This document shows positions 36,740-49,295 of a stretch of 64,000 nucleotides of DNA, piece by piece (within the stretch, counting starts at the first letter, position 1; each line of letters starts with the position of its first letter). The notes below the pieces were generated by a model. It did no database searches and was not told where the DNA came from. It saw only the letters and a program-made list of their open reading frames with translations. This stretch comes from Mobula hypostoma (Eukaryota): contig NC_086097.1 in assembly GCF_963921235.1 (NCBI RefSeq), forward strand, positions 28,150,001 to 28,214,000, in the 5' to 3' direction. The translations under genes were made by a program, and so were the position numbers.

Positions 36740-37720
36740 CTACAGGACTTTTTTCACTGGATTAAATTTCTTCCTTCTCTTCAAAAGCTCATAACTTATG
36801 TCAGGGTAGAAAAAAATTTTCTTCCCTTCTATCATCAGTGGCCCTTTTCTATTCTTGGCAGCTTGGGCAGCCGCCTGTAGAATCCTTTCTTTGTCTTGAA
36901 ATCTTAAGAATTTTATTAAAATTGATCGTATATATTGGTCATCTTGTGGTTTTGGTCTTAGAGCTCTATGTGCCCGCTCAATTTCAATTGATCGGTCTTC
37001 CTCTTTCATTTGCAAAGTTTCTGGGATCCATCTTTGAAAAAATTCTATTGGATTGTCTCCCTCTATACCTTCTTTAAGACCAACAATCTTAATATTATTT
37101 CGTCTACTAAAATTTTCCAACACGTCCACTTTCTCTAACAGTCGATTTCTTTCCGTTTTCCAGACAAGCATATCATTTTCTGTTTTTTCCACTCTATCAT
37201 TAATATGCTCTGCTGTTCTTTCCAACTTTTGAAGTTTCTTATCCATTTTGTCCTGTCTTTTCATAGCTTTATCATAGCACATCTTCATGTCTTTAATCTC
37301 TGTTCTTAATTTTCTTAGTTCAGCCGTTACTTGCAATAAAGCCTCTCTTATGTCTCCATCGCATCCTTTACTTCCAGTCTCTTCCAGTTCTTCCTCCTCT
37401 TCTTCATCTGTATTCTCTGCGGAATCCAATTCTGACTCTGAGTCACTTTCACTTGCAGTGGCCGTCGGTTCTTGTAGTTTGAGTTGTATCGATTTGTGCA
37501 TGCCAACATCTTTGCGCATGCGCAATTCCGGCATCTTCTTCCCAGGGACTGCTACCGCTGCCTTTGCTCCCTGTTCTTCTACGCCAGAGATAAAATGCGT
37601 CTCCTCCGAAGGAGATCCAACCTGAATCCAAGGCTCCATTGCTGCAGTAGGCCCTTTTTTCTTCCCATTTCGCGGCGACTTCGCAACAACAGATTTCTTC
37701 TGTTGCGGTTTATAAAGCAT
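36740..37720 (-). CDS. L1 ORF1p (coiled coil + RRM + part of CTD), probably C-terminally truncated
   Basis: 326-aa ORF with RRNNIKIVGLKEG, IERAHR, FLRFQDKERIL and IFFYPDIS. Confidence 0.85.
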   Translation of the reverse strand: MLYKPQQKKSVVAKSPRNGKKKGPTAAMEPWIQVGSPSEETHFISGVEEQGAKAAVAVPGKKMPELRMRKDVGMHKSIQLKLQEPTATASESDSESELDSAENTDEEEEEELEETGSKGCDGDIREALLQVTAELRKLRTEIKDMKMCYDKAMKRQDKMDKKLQKLERTAEHINDRVEKTENDMLVWKTERNRLLEKVDVLENFSRRNNIKIVGLKEGIEGDNPIEFFQRWIPETLQMKEEDRSIEIERAHRALRPKPQDDQYIRSILIKFLRFQDKERILQAAAQAAKNRKGPLMIEGKKIFFYPDISYELLKRRKKFNPVKKVL

Positions 37721-37864
37721 ATCATAAAATAGTCTTGAGAAGCTTATAAGTAATTTTCGGAAAGTATTTATTAACTTTGCTTTGTTTAAATGGTACTTTG
37801 CTGGTTTTTTACAGGAGAGCTGGATTTACATGTCTCAATCCCATGTCATCATGTGACGTCCCCC

Positions 37865-39035
37865 ATTGATTAGAGAGCTTAAGGTAAAGGAACCTTTGGA
37901 GGCTAGTGATCATAATATGATAGGATTCACCTTGCAATTTGGGAAGGAGAAGGTGAAGTCAGATGTATCAGTATTACAGTGGAGTAAAGGGAATTACAGA
38001 TGCATGAGAGAGGAATTGGTCAGAATTGATTTGAAAAGAACACTAGCAGGGATGGCAACAGAGCAGCAATGGCTGGAAATTTGGGGAACAATTCGGAAGG
38101 CACTGGATATATACATCCCAAAGAGAAAAAAGTATTCTAAAGGCAAGATGACACAACTGTGGCTGACAAGAGAAGTCAAAGCCACCTTAAAAGCCAAAGA
38201 GAGATCAAAAATTAGTGGGAAGTTAGAGGATTGGGAAGCTTTTAAAAAATACACAGAAGGCAACTAAAAGAGTCATAAAGAAGGAGAAGATGGAATACGA
38301 AGGTAAGTTAGCCAACAATATTAAAGAGGATACCAAAAGTTTCTTCAGATACATAAAGTGTAAAAGAGAGGTGGGAGTGGATATCAGACTGCTGTAAATC
38401 TATGCTGGAGAGGTGGTAATGAGGACAATGAAATGAACTGAATAAGTATTTAGCATCAGCCTTCACTGTGGAAGACACTAGGAGTATGCCGGAAGTTCAA
38501 GAGTGTCAGGGAACAGAAGTGTGTGAAGTAGCCATTACTAGGGGGAAGATTCTTGCGAAACAGAAAGTTCTGAAGATAGGGAGGTCACCTGGACCAGATG
38601 GTTTACACCACAGAGTTCTGAAAGAGGTGGCTGAAGAGAATATGGAGGCATTAGTAATGATCTTTCAGGAATCAATTGACTGTAAAATTGCAAATGTCAC
38701 TCCACTCTTCAAGAAGGGAGAGAGACAGAAGAAAGGAAATTATAAGCCAGGTAGTCTGACCTCAGTGGCTGGGAAAATGTTAGAGTCTATTTTTAAGGAT
38801 GTGGTTTAGGGGTACTTGGAGGCACATGATAAAACAGGCCATAGTCAACATGAATTGATGGCTTTGTTGCAAAGTTTGCAGATGATACAAAGATAGGTGG
38901 AGGGGCAGGTAGTTTTGAGGAAGTAGGCTACAGATTAGGAAAATGGGCAAAGAAATTGCAGATGAAATGCAGTATTGGGAAGTGTATTGTCAAGCACTTT
39001 GGTAGAAGAAATAAAAAGGTAGACTATTTTCTAAG
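37865..39035 (+). mobile_element. Old CR1 body (continuation of 31620-31837); 3' part resumes at ~41317-41900
   Basis: SDHNMI, SPGPDGLHHRVLKE and FADDTK motifs, degenerate. Confidence 0.8.
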
Positions 39036-39325
39036 TCAGAATCTGAATCAATCAGTTTATTATCACCGGCATGTGACGTGAAATTTGTTAACTTAGCAGC
39101 AGCAGTTCAAAGCAATACATAATCTAGCAGAGAAAAAAATAATAAATAAAATAAAATAATAATAATAATAATAAATAAACAGGTAAAACAATTGTGTATA
39201 TTGAATAGATTTTTAAAAATGTGGAAAAACAGAAATACTGTATATTTTTTTTAAAAAGTGAGGTAATGTCCAAAGATTCAATGTCCATTTAGGAATCAGA
39301 TGGCGGAAGGGAAGAAGCTGTTCCT

Positions 39326-39727
39326 AGAAACATAGAAACATAGAAAATAGGTGCAAGAGTAGGCCATTTGGCCCTTCGAGCCTGTACCGCCATTCAGTAT
39401 GATCATGGCTGATCATCCAACTCAGAACCCTGTACCTGCCTTCTCTCCATACCCGCTGATCCCTTTAGTCACAAGGGCCATATCTAACTCCCTCTTAAAT
39501 ATAGCCAATGAACTAGTCTCAACTGTTTCCTGTGGCAGAGAATTCCACAGATTCACCACTCTCTGTGTGAAGAAGTTTTTCCTCATCTCGGTCCTAAAGG
39601 GCTTCCCCTTTATCCTCAAACTGTGACCCCTCGTTCTGGATTTCCCCAACATCGGGAACAATCTTCCTGCATCTAGCCTGTCCAATCCCTTTAGGATTTT
39701 ATACGTTTCAATAAGATCCCCCCTCAA
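39326..39727 (-). mobile_element. Young CR1 3' fragment
   Basis: Near-identical to 21390-21788, with (TAGAAACA)n tail. Confidence 0.9.
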
Positions 39728-40880
39728 GTGGTGGGATCCCGTTGGAGGTGGCAGAAGTTACAGAGAATTATATGTTGGACCCGGAGGCTGGTGGGGTGGT
39801 AGGTGAGGACCAGGGGAACCCTATTCCTAGTGGGGTGGCGGGAGGATGGGGTGAGAGCAGATGAGTGTGAAATGGGAGAGATGCGTTTGAGAGCAGAGTT
39901 GATGGTGGAGGAAGGGAATCCCCTTTCTTTAAAAAAAGGAGGACATCTCCTTCATCCTGGAATGAAAAGCCTCATCCTGAGAGCAGATGCGACGGAGACG
40001 GAGAAATTGCGAGAAGGGGATGGCATTTTTGCAAGAGACAGGGTGAGAAGAGGAATAGTCCAGATAGCTGTGAGAGTTCGTAGGCTTATAATAGACATCA
40101 GTAGATAAGCTGTCTCCAGAGATAGAGACAGAAAGATCAAGAAAGGGGAGGGAGGTGTCGGAAATGGACCAGGTAAATTTGAGGGCAGGGTGAAAGTTGG
40201 AGGCGAAGTTAATAAAGTCAACGAGCTCAGCATGTGTGCAGGAAGCAGCGCCAATGCAGTCATCGATGTAGCGAAGGAAAAGTGGGGTACAGATACCAGT
40301 ATAGGCACGGAACATGGACTGTTCCACAAAGCCAACAAAAAGGCAGGCATAGCTGGGACCCGTACGGGTGCCCATGGCTACACCTTTAGTTTGGAGGAAT
40401 TGGGAGGAGCCAAAGGAGAAATTATTAAGAGTAAGGACTAATTCCGCTAGACGGAGCAGAGTGGTGGTAGAGGGGAACTGTTTAGGTCTGGAATCCAAAA
40501 AGAAGCGGAGAGCTTTAAGACCTTCCTGGTGGGGGATGGAAGTATATAGGGACTGGACATCCATGGCGAAAATAAAGTGGTGGGAGCCAGGGAACTTAAA
40601 ATCAGCGAAAAAATTCAGAGCGTGAGAAGTGTCACGAACATAGGTAGGAAGGGATTGAACAATGGGGGATAAAACAGTGTTGAGGTATGCAGAAATGAGT
40701 TTGGTGGGGCAGGAGCAAGCTGAGACAATGGGTCTACCTGCACAGGCAGGTTTGTGGATCTCGGGTAGGAGGTAGAAACGGGAAGTGCAGGGTGTGGGAA
40801 CTATAAGGTTGGTAGCAGTGGATGGGAGATCCCCAGAGCTGATAAAGTTGGTGATGGTGTGGGATACAAATGGTCCGGTG
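39728..40880 (-). mobile_element. Penelope-like element RT fragment
   Basis: FYLLPEIHKP..GRPIVS, MDVQSLYTSIPH, GVAMG..GPSYA, LRYIDD, LPFLD and YYKPT in ORF 39929-41191. Confidence 0.92.
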
Positions 40881-40904
40881 CTCCTTACTGGGATGTTGCC
40901 TGGA

Positions 40905-41316
40905 TCGACCTTTTTTCCTTGGAGCGATGGAGGATGAGAGGTGACCTGATAGAGGTGTACAAGATGATGAGAGGCATTGATCGTGTGGGTAGTCAGAGGC
41001 TTTTTCCCAGGGCTGAGATGGCTAGCACAAGAGGGCACAGTTTTAAGGTGCTTGGAAGCAGGTACAGAGGAGATGTCAGGGGTAAGTTTTTTACGCAGAG
41101 AGTGGTGAGTGCATGGAATGGGCTGCCGGCGACGGAGGTGGATATGATAGGGTCTTTTAAGAGACTCCTGGATAGATACATGGAGCTTCAAAAAATAGAG
41201 GGCTATGGATAACCCTAGGTAATTTCTAAGGTAAGGACATGTTCAGCACAGCTTTGTGGGCCGAAGGGCCTGTATTGTGCTGTAGGTTTTCTGTGTTTCT
41301 ATGTTCTATGTTTCTA
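40905..41316 (+). mobile_element. CR1 3' fragment (second subfamily)
   Basis: LFSLERWRMRGDLIEVYKMM...FFTQRVVSAWNGLP and (TTCTATG)n tail. Confidence 0.88.
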
Positions 41317-41949
41317 GAACTATCATATAAAATTAAGGATGTAATGCTAAGGCTTTATAAGGCACTGATGAGGCCTCACTTGGAGTATTGTGAGCATTTT
41401 TGTGCCCCTCATCTAAGGATGTGCTGACATTGAAGAGGATTCAAAGGAAGTTCACGAAAATGATTCTGGGATCAAAAGACTTGTCAGATGGGGAGTGTTT
41501 GGTGGCTCTGGGCCTCTACTCATGGAAATGCAGAAGAATGAGGGGCGACCTCATTGAAACCTATCGAATGTTCAAAGACCTCAATAGAGTGGACGTGGAG
41601 AGGATGTTTTCTCTGGTGGAGGTGTCTTAGATCAGGGAACATAGCCTCAGAATAAAGGACTGTCCTTTTAGAACAGAGATGAGGAAGAATTTCTTTAGCC
41701 AGAGAGTGGTGAATCTGCAGAATTCATTGCAGCTGTAGAGGCCAAGTCATTGGGTATATTTAAGGCAGAGGTTGATAGACTCTTGATTGGTCAGGGCATG
41801 AAGGGATACGGGAAGAAGGCAGGAGATTGAGGCTGAGAGGAAAAATGGATCAGCCATGATGCGTCAAATGGCCTAATTCTACTTCTATATCTTATGGTCT
41901 TATAAACACCACTTTGCCCACTCCTTGGGGGAGTAGCAACAGTACTGAA

Positions 41950-42473
41950 TTTCCTCCATTTGTAGACAATTTCTCTGTCTGTGGACTGATGAACACTCAG
42001 GTCTTTAGAAAATGCTTTTGTAGCCTTTTCCTGCTTCTTGCATCTCTACAGTCCTTCTTCTAAGGTCCTCTGAAAGTTATTTTGATTGAGACATGGTGCA
42101 CATAAACAGATCTTTCTTGGGAAGCACAGACTTTTGTCAGTAACCCGACTTTGTGTGTCCTTTTTAAAGGGCAGGACACCTCTCAACCCACACCTCCAAT
42201 TTCATTGCACTGATTGGAACACCTGATACCAAATAGCTTTTGTAGAAGGCATTGCCCCAGAGGATCACATACTTTATTGCACCTCGCTGTGATTGTTTAA
42301 ATGGTGTACTCAGTAATGATGAGAAGAAGTACAATCATTTGTGTATTATTAGCTTAAGCAGGTTGCGTTTGTCTATTATTGTGACTTAGATGAAAATCAG
42401 ACCTGATTTTATGAGTAGTTAATGCAGAAAACCAGGTAATTGCAAAGAGTTCACAAACTTTTTCTTGCAACTG
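41950..42473 (-). mobile_element. Tc1-like transposon 5' end fragment
   Basis: Minus-strand terminus TA-CAGTTGCAAGAAAAAGTTTGTGAAC, followed by a decayed N-terminal transposase (G..YK.IS..L.V..ST). Confidence 0.7.
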
Positions 42474-45016
42474 TACATGTACTACACCGCGCAAATAGAC
42501 CACCTTATTCTCCTCTCCATCCTATTCAAATCCTATCAGCAATTCTTTTACCCATCTTTAAACTTTTCCTTAAGTGAGTTATTTACTATCAGATTGAATC
42601 TCCCTTATATCTACAAGTTCCACATTATAAATGCCTCTTGCTTAAAAGTTGATTCTTCAGTATTCATAAGCTTTCTGATAAGTGAATCTTGCATGGTCAA
42701 CAATTCTTGCCAGATTAACATTAACCATTAACAAGGTGGTAACTTTAAACCAAGCAAGTGACCTTTAGTTTTTGACTGGTTTAGCTGTGTTGAGAAACCT
42801 TAGTGTCAACGAGGTCTTTTTGTGGTAATGGACACTGGAAATTCATGTTCATCGACATACAATGAGGTACGAATAGTCTGGCTTGAGTTGAAAGATTTGT
42901 TTTCTTTTAGGCCTAATCGTTACCAAAAATGTAGAGAGACTTGTGTGAAAAGTTAAGGTTCAGAGTTACAAACAGTCCTAAGATAGAAAATCTGCCAAAT
43001 GTTTACAGACAGTACTGTCAGTGTAGTAGAAAATGAGGATTATTAGTAGTAAACTCCTGAGAGGGTTTAGCGGGAATAGATGTGGAGAGAATGACTGAGA
43101 ATCTGAAACGAGGGAGTGACTGCTTAAAAATAAGTTGTCACTTATTTGAGACAAGGGAGGGATAAAGTTTTTCGGGATCCTTAACCTTCAGAGCTTGACT
43201 CAAAAGGCAGTGAGACAGGGTCTTTAAATAATTCTAAGGCAAAGATAGAAAGAATACCTTTTAGATTGCATTTTAATGGAGGGCTATGTGGGAAGGAATA
43301 TTTGGACTGATCTTGCAGTAGGTTAATCAATTGGCACAATATCTTGGGCGGAAGGGCCTGTACTGTGCTGTGCTGTGCTGTGCAACATACAAAGTGCTGG
43401 AGGAATTGCAAGTGTCACCACACTTCTGGTGCCAACATAGCCTGCCCACAAGTTACTTACTGCTTTTAATATTGTGACAGCACTCTCAGTAAAGGTAGTC
43501 ATCAGTAACAAAGGTTACCATTTTTGAAGCACCAGAATACCTTTAGTTCTCTGAGAAAAGGGAGTGTTAGAAGACCTTAAACTTAGCACAAAGTCATACG
43601 GTCTCTCATGCGGCCATGGCCGCTGCCCTCGGACAAATGCTCAAAGTCTCTTCCTTTCCCTCTGCATTTTCTCAGAATCATTATTGGCTGGTTTGTCTGC
43701 CACAGCTGCAATACTTCATACTTGCCCTGAATGAATTCCTTTTGCCATTTTTCTACCCACCATCCTTCCTACAGCTAACTTACAAGCATGCAAATTAGAA
43801 CAAGGAGTATAAGTGCTTGCTTCGGGAAACCTTGTCTCTTTACTCTACAAAATGAGGGGTGATCTGATCTGACCTCATCACCACCTTCCCACCTCCCTTG
43901 GGAAACCTTTCACTCTGTTGCCTATTTAGAGTCATAGAACATTGAGCACACAGCATAAACACAAGAGATTCTGCAGATGCTGGAAATCCAGAGCAGCATG
44001 CACAAAATGCTGGAGGAACTTAGCAGGTCAGGCAGCATCTATGGAGAGGAAATAAGTAGTCAACGTTTATTGCCCTCTGCAGATGCTGGCTAACTTGATG
44101 AGTTCCTCCAGTATTTTGTGTGTGTATTAATTGGGCAGGAAAGGCCTGATAGCGTGATGTATCTCTAGAAATATTCCAACTACCCTGTTATCCATGGACT
44201 TGGTCTCACCCTTCCACAGGTATTTCTGTTGTTCAGCCCTGCTTGCCTACTGCCTTCTCTGTAAAGCTGATCTTCTCTCTCTCTCTCTCTCTTACACGCT
44301 CCTTTCCAGCTCTGCTTTAAGGCCCTGAACCTGAAAATTAATGACTACTTTCTCCACGGATGTTACCTGACCTGCTGAGGGTTTCTAGCATTTTTTCTAT
44401 TTTCAGTCAGAAACTTTAACCTTTCTCATATTCTTCTGAGCATAAGTTGAGTGGGGCTTTTCCTTTGGAGCAAAGGAGGGTGAGAAGTGACTTGATAGAG
44501 GTACTCAAGATAAGAGGTGTAGATTGAGTGGACAGCTAACACCTTTTCCCAGGGTGGAAATGGATAATATGAGGGGGCATAATTTTAAGGTGACTGGTGG
44601 AAATTATACAGAGGGGGATGTCAGAGCTAAGTTTTTTTTTAACACAGAGAGTGGTGAGTGTGTTGAATGCCTTGCCAGATGTGATGGTACAAGCAGATAC
44701 ATTAGAAGCATTTAAGAAACTATAAGATAGGCACAGGGATGATAGAAAATTGGAGGGCTATGAGGAAGGAAAGGGTTAGCTTGATCTTAAAGTAGGTTAA
44801 AAGGTCAGTATAACATTGTGGGCCAAAGGGCCTGTAATGTGCTGTACTGTCCTGTGTTCTAGGTTCATAATCATCTCTCAGCTTCTCATATTTCAACAAA
44901 TATTCAAGGTTAGGTCACCAATTATGTTATTGTTGTTACCTTTAGGTTATTTTTAAGGTTGGAATTTTTTAAAGTGGTGAAATACTCCTTCCTTTACATG
45001 TGTTCCTTCTTCTCAG

Positions 45017-45128
45017 AAACCAGCGATGCAAAGAATCCACGCCCTGGCGTCGATGGTTCCAGCCACCGCCAGGAATTTGATCCGTGCGGGACGGTTCCAT
45101 GCCTCCACAACCTCAGCAATATCTCAAG
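45017..45128 (+). CDS. DGLUCY: D-glutamate cyclase (C14orf159), first coding exon, ATG at 45026
   Basis: Polypyrimidine tract + AG at 45015-16 and GTAAGG donor at 45129. ATG..45128 encodes MQRIHALASMVPATARNLIRAGRFHASTTSAISQ plus 1 nt, which splices in frame to the next exon to give G-YKQAN. The peptide is basic with no acidic residues, like a mitochondrial presequence. Confidence 0.85.
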
Positions 45129-45189
45129 GTAAGGGAGACATTCTGCAGCGCTGGCACGGTCAGCGCCTTGCTAGCCCCGCTACTGCACA

Positions 45190-45925
45190 TTTAATACTCG
45201 AGTAATATTGTAAATATATAATTTGATTAAGCATTCTTTGTTGTTTACATAATTCATTAAAGTTTATATGTAAAAGTACGTGAATGGCACACGTCATTAC
45301 GCCACTGTGTCATATGTGCACACTTAAAGTAAAATGAACAAAGGACACGGTATCCCCGGCTCCGTGTTTTTCTTTCAATTAGTTTTATGCTTTGGAGTTA
45401 CAAAACATAAAACAGTCTTGGTCATTCCTGGAAATGAATGGAATAAGACATACTACATCAGCACCGTACCCCCAGCTACTAATGGCTTGGTAGAAAGGTT
45501 TGTCCAGAGTCTAAAGAATGCACTGCGAGCAATGTCAGCAGAACACACTACACTGACACTGAATCAGAAGCTCGCCAATTCCCTCCTTGCGTATCGCAGT
45601 GCAGCACCCACCACAACTAGCAACTCACCAGCTCTGCTGTTCCTGGGTCATCCCATGCACTCACTCTCGGATCTCCTCAAGCCCAGATTCAGGAGTGTGC
45701 AGGACAGAGAGCTGAAACAAACTGAGAGCTTCCCAAACAAGGAGGCTCGATGTTTCACTCCTGGACAAGCAGTCCTGGCGAGGGACTACAGAGGTGATCA
45801 AAAAGTGGGCACTCGGAAAGATTAAGGAGTGAACTGGACCACTGTCCGACACAGTGGAGACTGCATCTGTTGTCATCTGGACATGACACATCAACCAGCT
45901 GAGGAGAGCAGAGTCAATTGTTAGA
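45190..45925 (+). mobile_element. Deleted Gypsy element: LTR-like segment + integrase C-terminal fragment
   Basis: PATNGLVERFVQSLKNAL...LLAYRS..TT..SPA.LFLG in ORF 45334-45825, preceded by an AT-rich segment ending in AACA. Confidence 0.7.
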
Positions 45926-46669
45926 GGTGTCCAAAGCTGTCAGAATCAGCTCTTTTGGTTGGTTTTAGAAACATAACCTTCATGCCAGCACCACTTCCCT
46001 GGCCAGAGAACAGGGGCCTACTCTGCAAAGGCATACAGCATTTCGGAAAAGACTCCCAAAGCTGTTCAACACTGATTAAAAAACGCCAGCGTCTGTGAAG
46101 ACAAGGCTCACGTGCACTGCGGTAGAGCGAATAAAACCCCTTACTGCCACAGTTGGCCTTGTACAGGACATGTTCTGTCCCGGGAAAGGACATCAGTGTT
46201 CTTGAAGCTCGCTCGCACTCCAAAGGCAGGAATACCTGGGCTGTCAATAGTCTGTGTTAGATATAGATTACTGCTTTACTTTCTTTGCTATTTCCCCACT
46301 CCCCAATACAATTTCTTCTGCAAATTCATTCACTGCATCAATCTTAGCCAATCAATTCCATGTTCCATAGCTATGGAATTTCTTGTTTTTTTATATCTTG
46401 CTGTCCTATTTTATTTACTAATTTTTTAAAGGTACAGAGTGGTAACGGGTGTAATGAGTCCCCTCTGCCCAATTACACCCATGAGACCGATTAACCTATT
46501 AACTGGTACATTTTGGGCATATGGAAGGAAACTGGAGCACCTGGAGGAAACCTGCACGGTCACAGGGAGAAGGTACAAGCTCCTTACAGTCAGCAGGTGT
46601 ATAAGGTTATGAGCCTTTCCATATGATCGAATACACGTTTTAGCTTTTGCTGTTCGGGGTGAGACAGAG

Positions 46670-46970
46670 CAAGGTAGGTGAAACATCTGCCTAAGAGCAC
46701 TCGATGCGGCCCCCTTTACAGCAGTGACACCAAGCACCGACTGGGCGAGCACTCTGAGCACCCGCATGTTGTTTGCTGCAGCCTTCTGGAATTCCCGCTT
46801 GCCAACCATTTTAATTCCCTTCCCCATCCCCACACCAACCAGTATGTCCTTGGCTTCCTCCACTGCCAGGGTGAGGCCAAACACAAACTAGAAGAGCAGC
46901 ACCTTATTTTTCGACAGGGTAGTGGCCTGATGTAATGGCAGGAGCATTGAATTCTCCAATTTCTGGTAAC
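46670..46970 (+). mobile_element. Penelope GIY-YIG endonuclease relic
   Basis: RCGPLY..DTKHRLGEH...LANHFNSLPH...KLEEQHLIFR. Confidence 0.75.
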
Positions 46971-49295
46971 CTGCTCTCCCGCTGTCTCTTTCTCTCTCCT
47001 TCCAATCTACCCGAGCTCTTTGTCTCTGTCTCTTTCTCTCACATTGTGTCTTTCCTTCCTTGCAGACCACCCACCCAGCATCTCCCCCCCAACATCAGCA
47101 TAATAGTCTAACGGTTAGCACACTCATCACCATTTGAGCTTCGATACCCACTGCTGTCGTAAAGAGTTTGTATGTTTTTCTCGTGACCATGTGGGGTTCT
47201 TCCAAAGGCGTATGAGTATAGTTAGTGAGTTGTGGGCATGCTATGTTAGCACCAGAAGCATGGTGATACTTGCAGGCTGCTCCCAGCAAAATCCTCGGAC
47301 TGCATTAGTTGTTGACGTAACTGGACAAAGTTCATTGTTTTTTTCAGTGTTTATATGACAAAGCTAATCTTAATCTAAGTCTGCCATACGCCCACGTAAT
47401 CCTCACACTGTTCCCTTCTGCCCAGGACACTTCCCTTAATTGATTCCTCATCACCTTCCTTTCTTATCAGATCCCACCACCTGCAGTTCTTATGTTCCCT
47501 CCACTGATACCCCTCCCAGCCACTGCCGCTATCTCCATTCTTCCCTCCGCCTTCTGACTTCTTCTGCCAGTCAGAGATTGGCAGCTACGTCGTTGTGGGC
47601 AATGCTGTGTTGTGGCTGAAAGAAGATCATAGTTGGAAGCTTACACATTGTATCAAAAAGATAGGCGAGTAGACGGAGGGGGTGGAGTGGAGTGGTTCTG
47701 GTGGTAAAAGGTGGAATAAAATTCTTAGAAAGAGATGACATAGGATTGGAAGAATCCTTGTGGGTAGAGTTAAAAAACTGCAAGGGTAAAAAGGCCCTGA
47801 TGGGCGTTGTATACAGTCCTCTGAACAGTAGCAAGGATGGGGGCTACAAATTACAATGGGAGATGGAAAAGTCATGTACAAAGGGCAATGTTATGACAGC
47901 CATGGGGGATTCCAATATGCAGGTAGATTGGGAAAATCAGGTTGGTGCTGGACTCCAAGAGAATGCCTATAAGAAGGCTTTTTAGAGCAGCTTGTGGTTG
48001 AGCCCACTAGGAGAATGGCAATTCTGGATTGGGTGTTATGTAATGAACCAGATATGATTCAGAAGCTTAAGGTAAAGGAACCCATAGGAAGCAGTGATCA
48101 CAATATGACAGAATTCACCCTGTAATTGAGAGGAAGAAGATAAAGTCAGATGTCAGGTGCCACGGCTGCTGTGCTCCATGCCTGCTAATATGATGAACTG
48201 ATAAGCAAGGCTTTGAGTAGTGAGCTTAAGGTAAAGGAACCCTCAGGAGGCAGTGATCATAATACAATATCATTGAGAAGGAGAAACTAAAGTCAGATGT
48301 ATCAGTATAACAGTGGAGCAAAGGGAATTACAGGGGCATGAGAGAGAAGCTGGCCAAAGTTGATTGGAAGGGAATGCTAACAGAGAAGATGACAGAACAG
48401 CAATGGCTCGAGTTTCTGGGTGCAATTCAGAAGGTGCAGGAAAGATACATCCCAAAGATGAAAAGATATTCTCAAGGGAAGATGCGGCAACCATGGGCGA
48501 TAAGGGAAGTCAAAGACAGCAGAAATGCAAAAGAAGGGGCATATAATATGGCAAAAATTAGAGGAAAGGTAAAGGATTGGAAAATCTTTTAAAAGCAAAG
48601 AGAGGCATCTAAAAAAGCCATAAAGCCGGAAAAGATTAAATATGAAGGTAAGCAAGCCAATAATATAAAAGGGGATACTAGAAGTTTTTTTCAGATATAG
48701 AAAGACTGAAAGAGACAAGAGTGGATATTGGACGGCTGAAAAATGATGCCTGAGAGGTAGTAATGGGGGGGGGGGGAACAAGGAAATGGCGAACGGAACT
48801 AATAATTGTTTTGCATCAGTCTTCACTGTAGAAGACACTAACAGAAATGTGAGTGTGTCGGGGCAGATTTGAGTGTCATTGCCAACACGAAGGAGAAGCT
48901 GAAAAACCTGGAGGTAGGTAAGTCACCTGGAGCAAATGGACTACACCCCAGGGGTCTGAGGAGGTAGCTGAAAAGATTATGGAGGCATTATTAATCATCT
49001 TACAAGAATCACTAGATACTGGAATGGTTCCTGAGTACTGGAAAATTACAAATCTCACTCCATTCTTTAAGAAGGAAGGGAGACAGAAGAAGGGAAATTA
49101 TTGGTCAGTTAGCTTGATTTCAATGGTTGGAAAGATATTGGAGTCTATTACTAAGGATGAGGTTTCATGGTACTTGGAGGCACATGACAAAACAGAAAAA
49201 AGTCAGCATAGTTTCCTTCAGGGGAAGTCTTGCCTGACTAATCTGTAGGAATTCTTTGAGGAAATAACAGCAAGATAGACAAAGGATTTACGGTA

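Larger units (their letters stand above)
31838..37864 (-). mobile_element. Full-length L1-clade LINE
   Basis: 16-bp TSD ATTGATTAGAGAGCTT (31822-37, 37865-80). 5' end GGGGGACGTCACATGATG, AATAAA and short polyA. Contains ORF1 and a frameshifted ORF2. Inserted in a CR1 endonuclease region. Confidence 0.95.

Noticed and set aside
43616..43798. ORF MAAALGQMLK in good Kozak context upstream of DGLUCY
   Set aside because: No splice donor linking it in frame and no recognisable homology.
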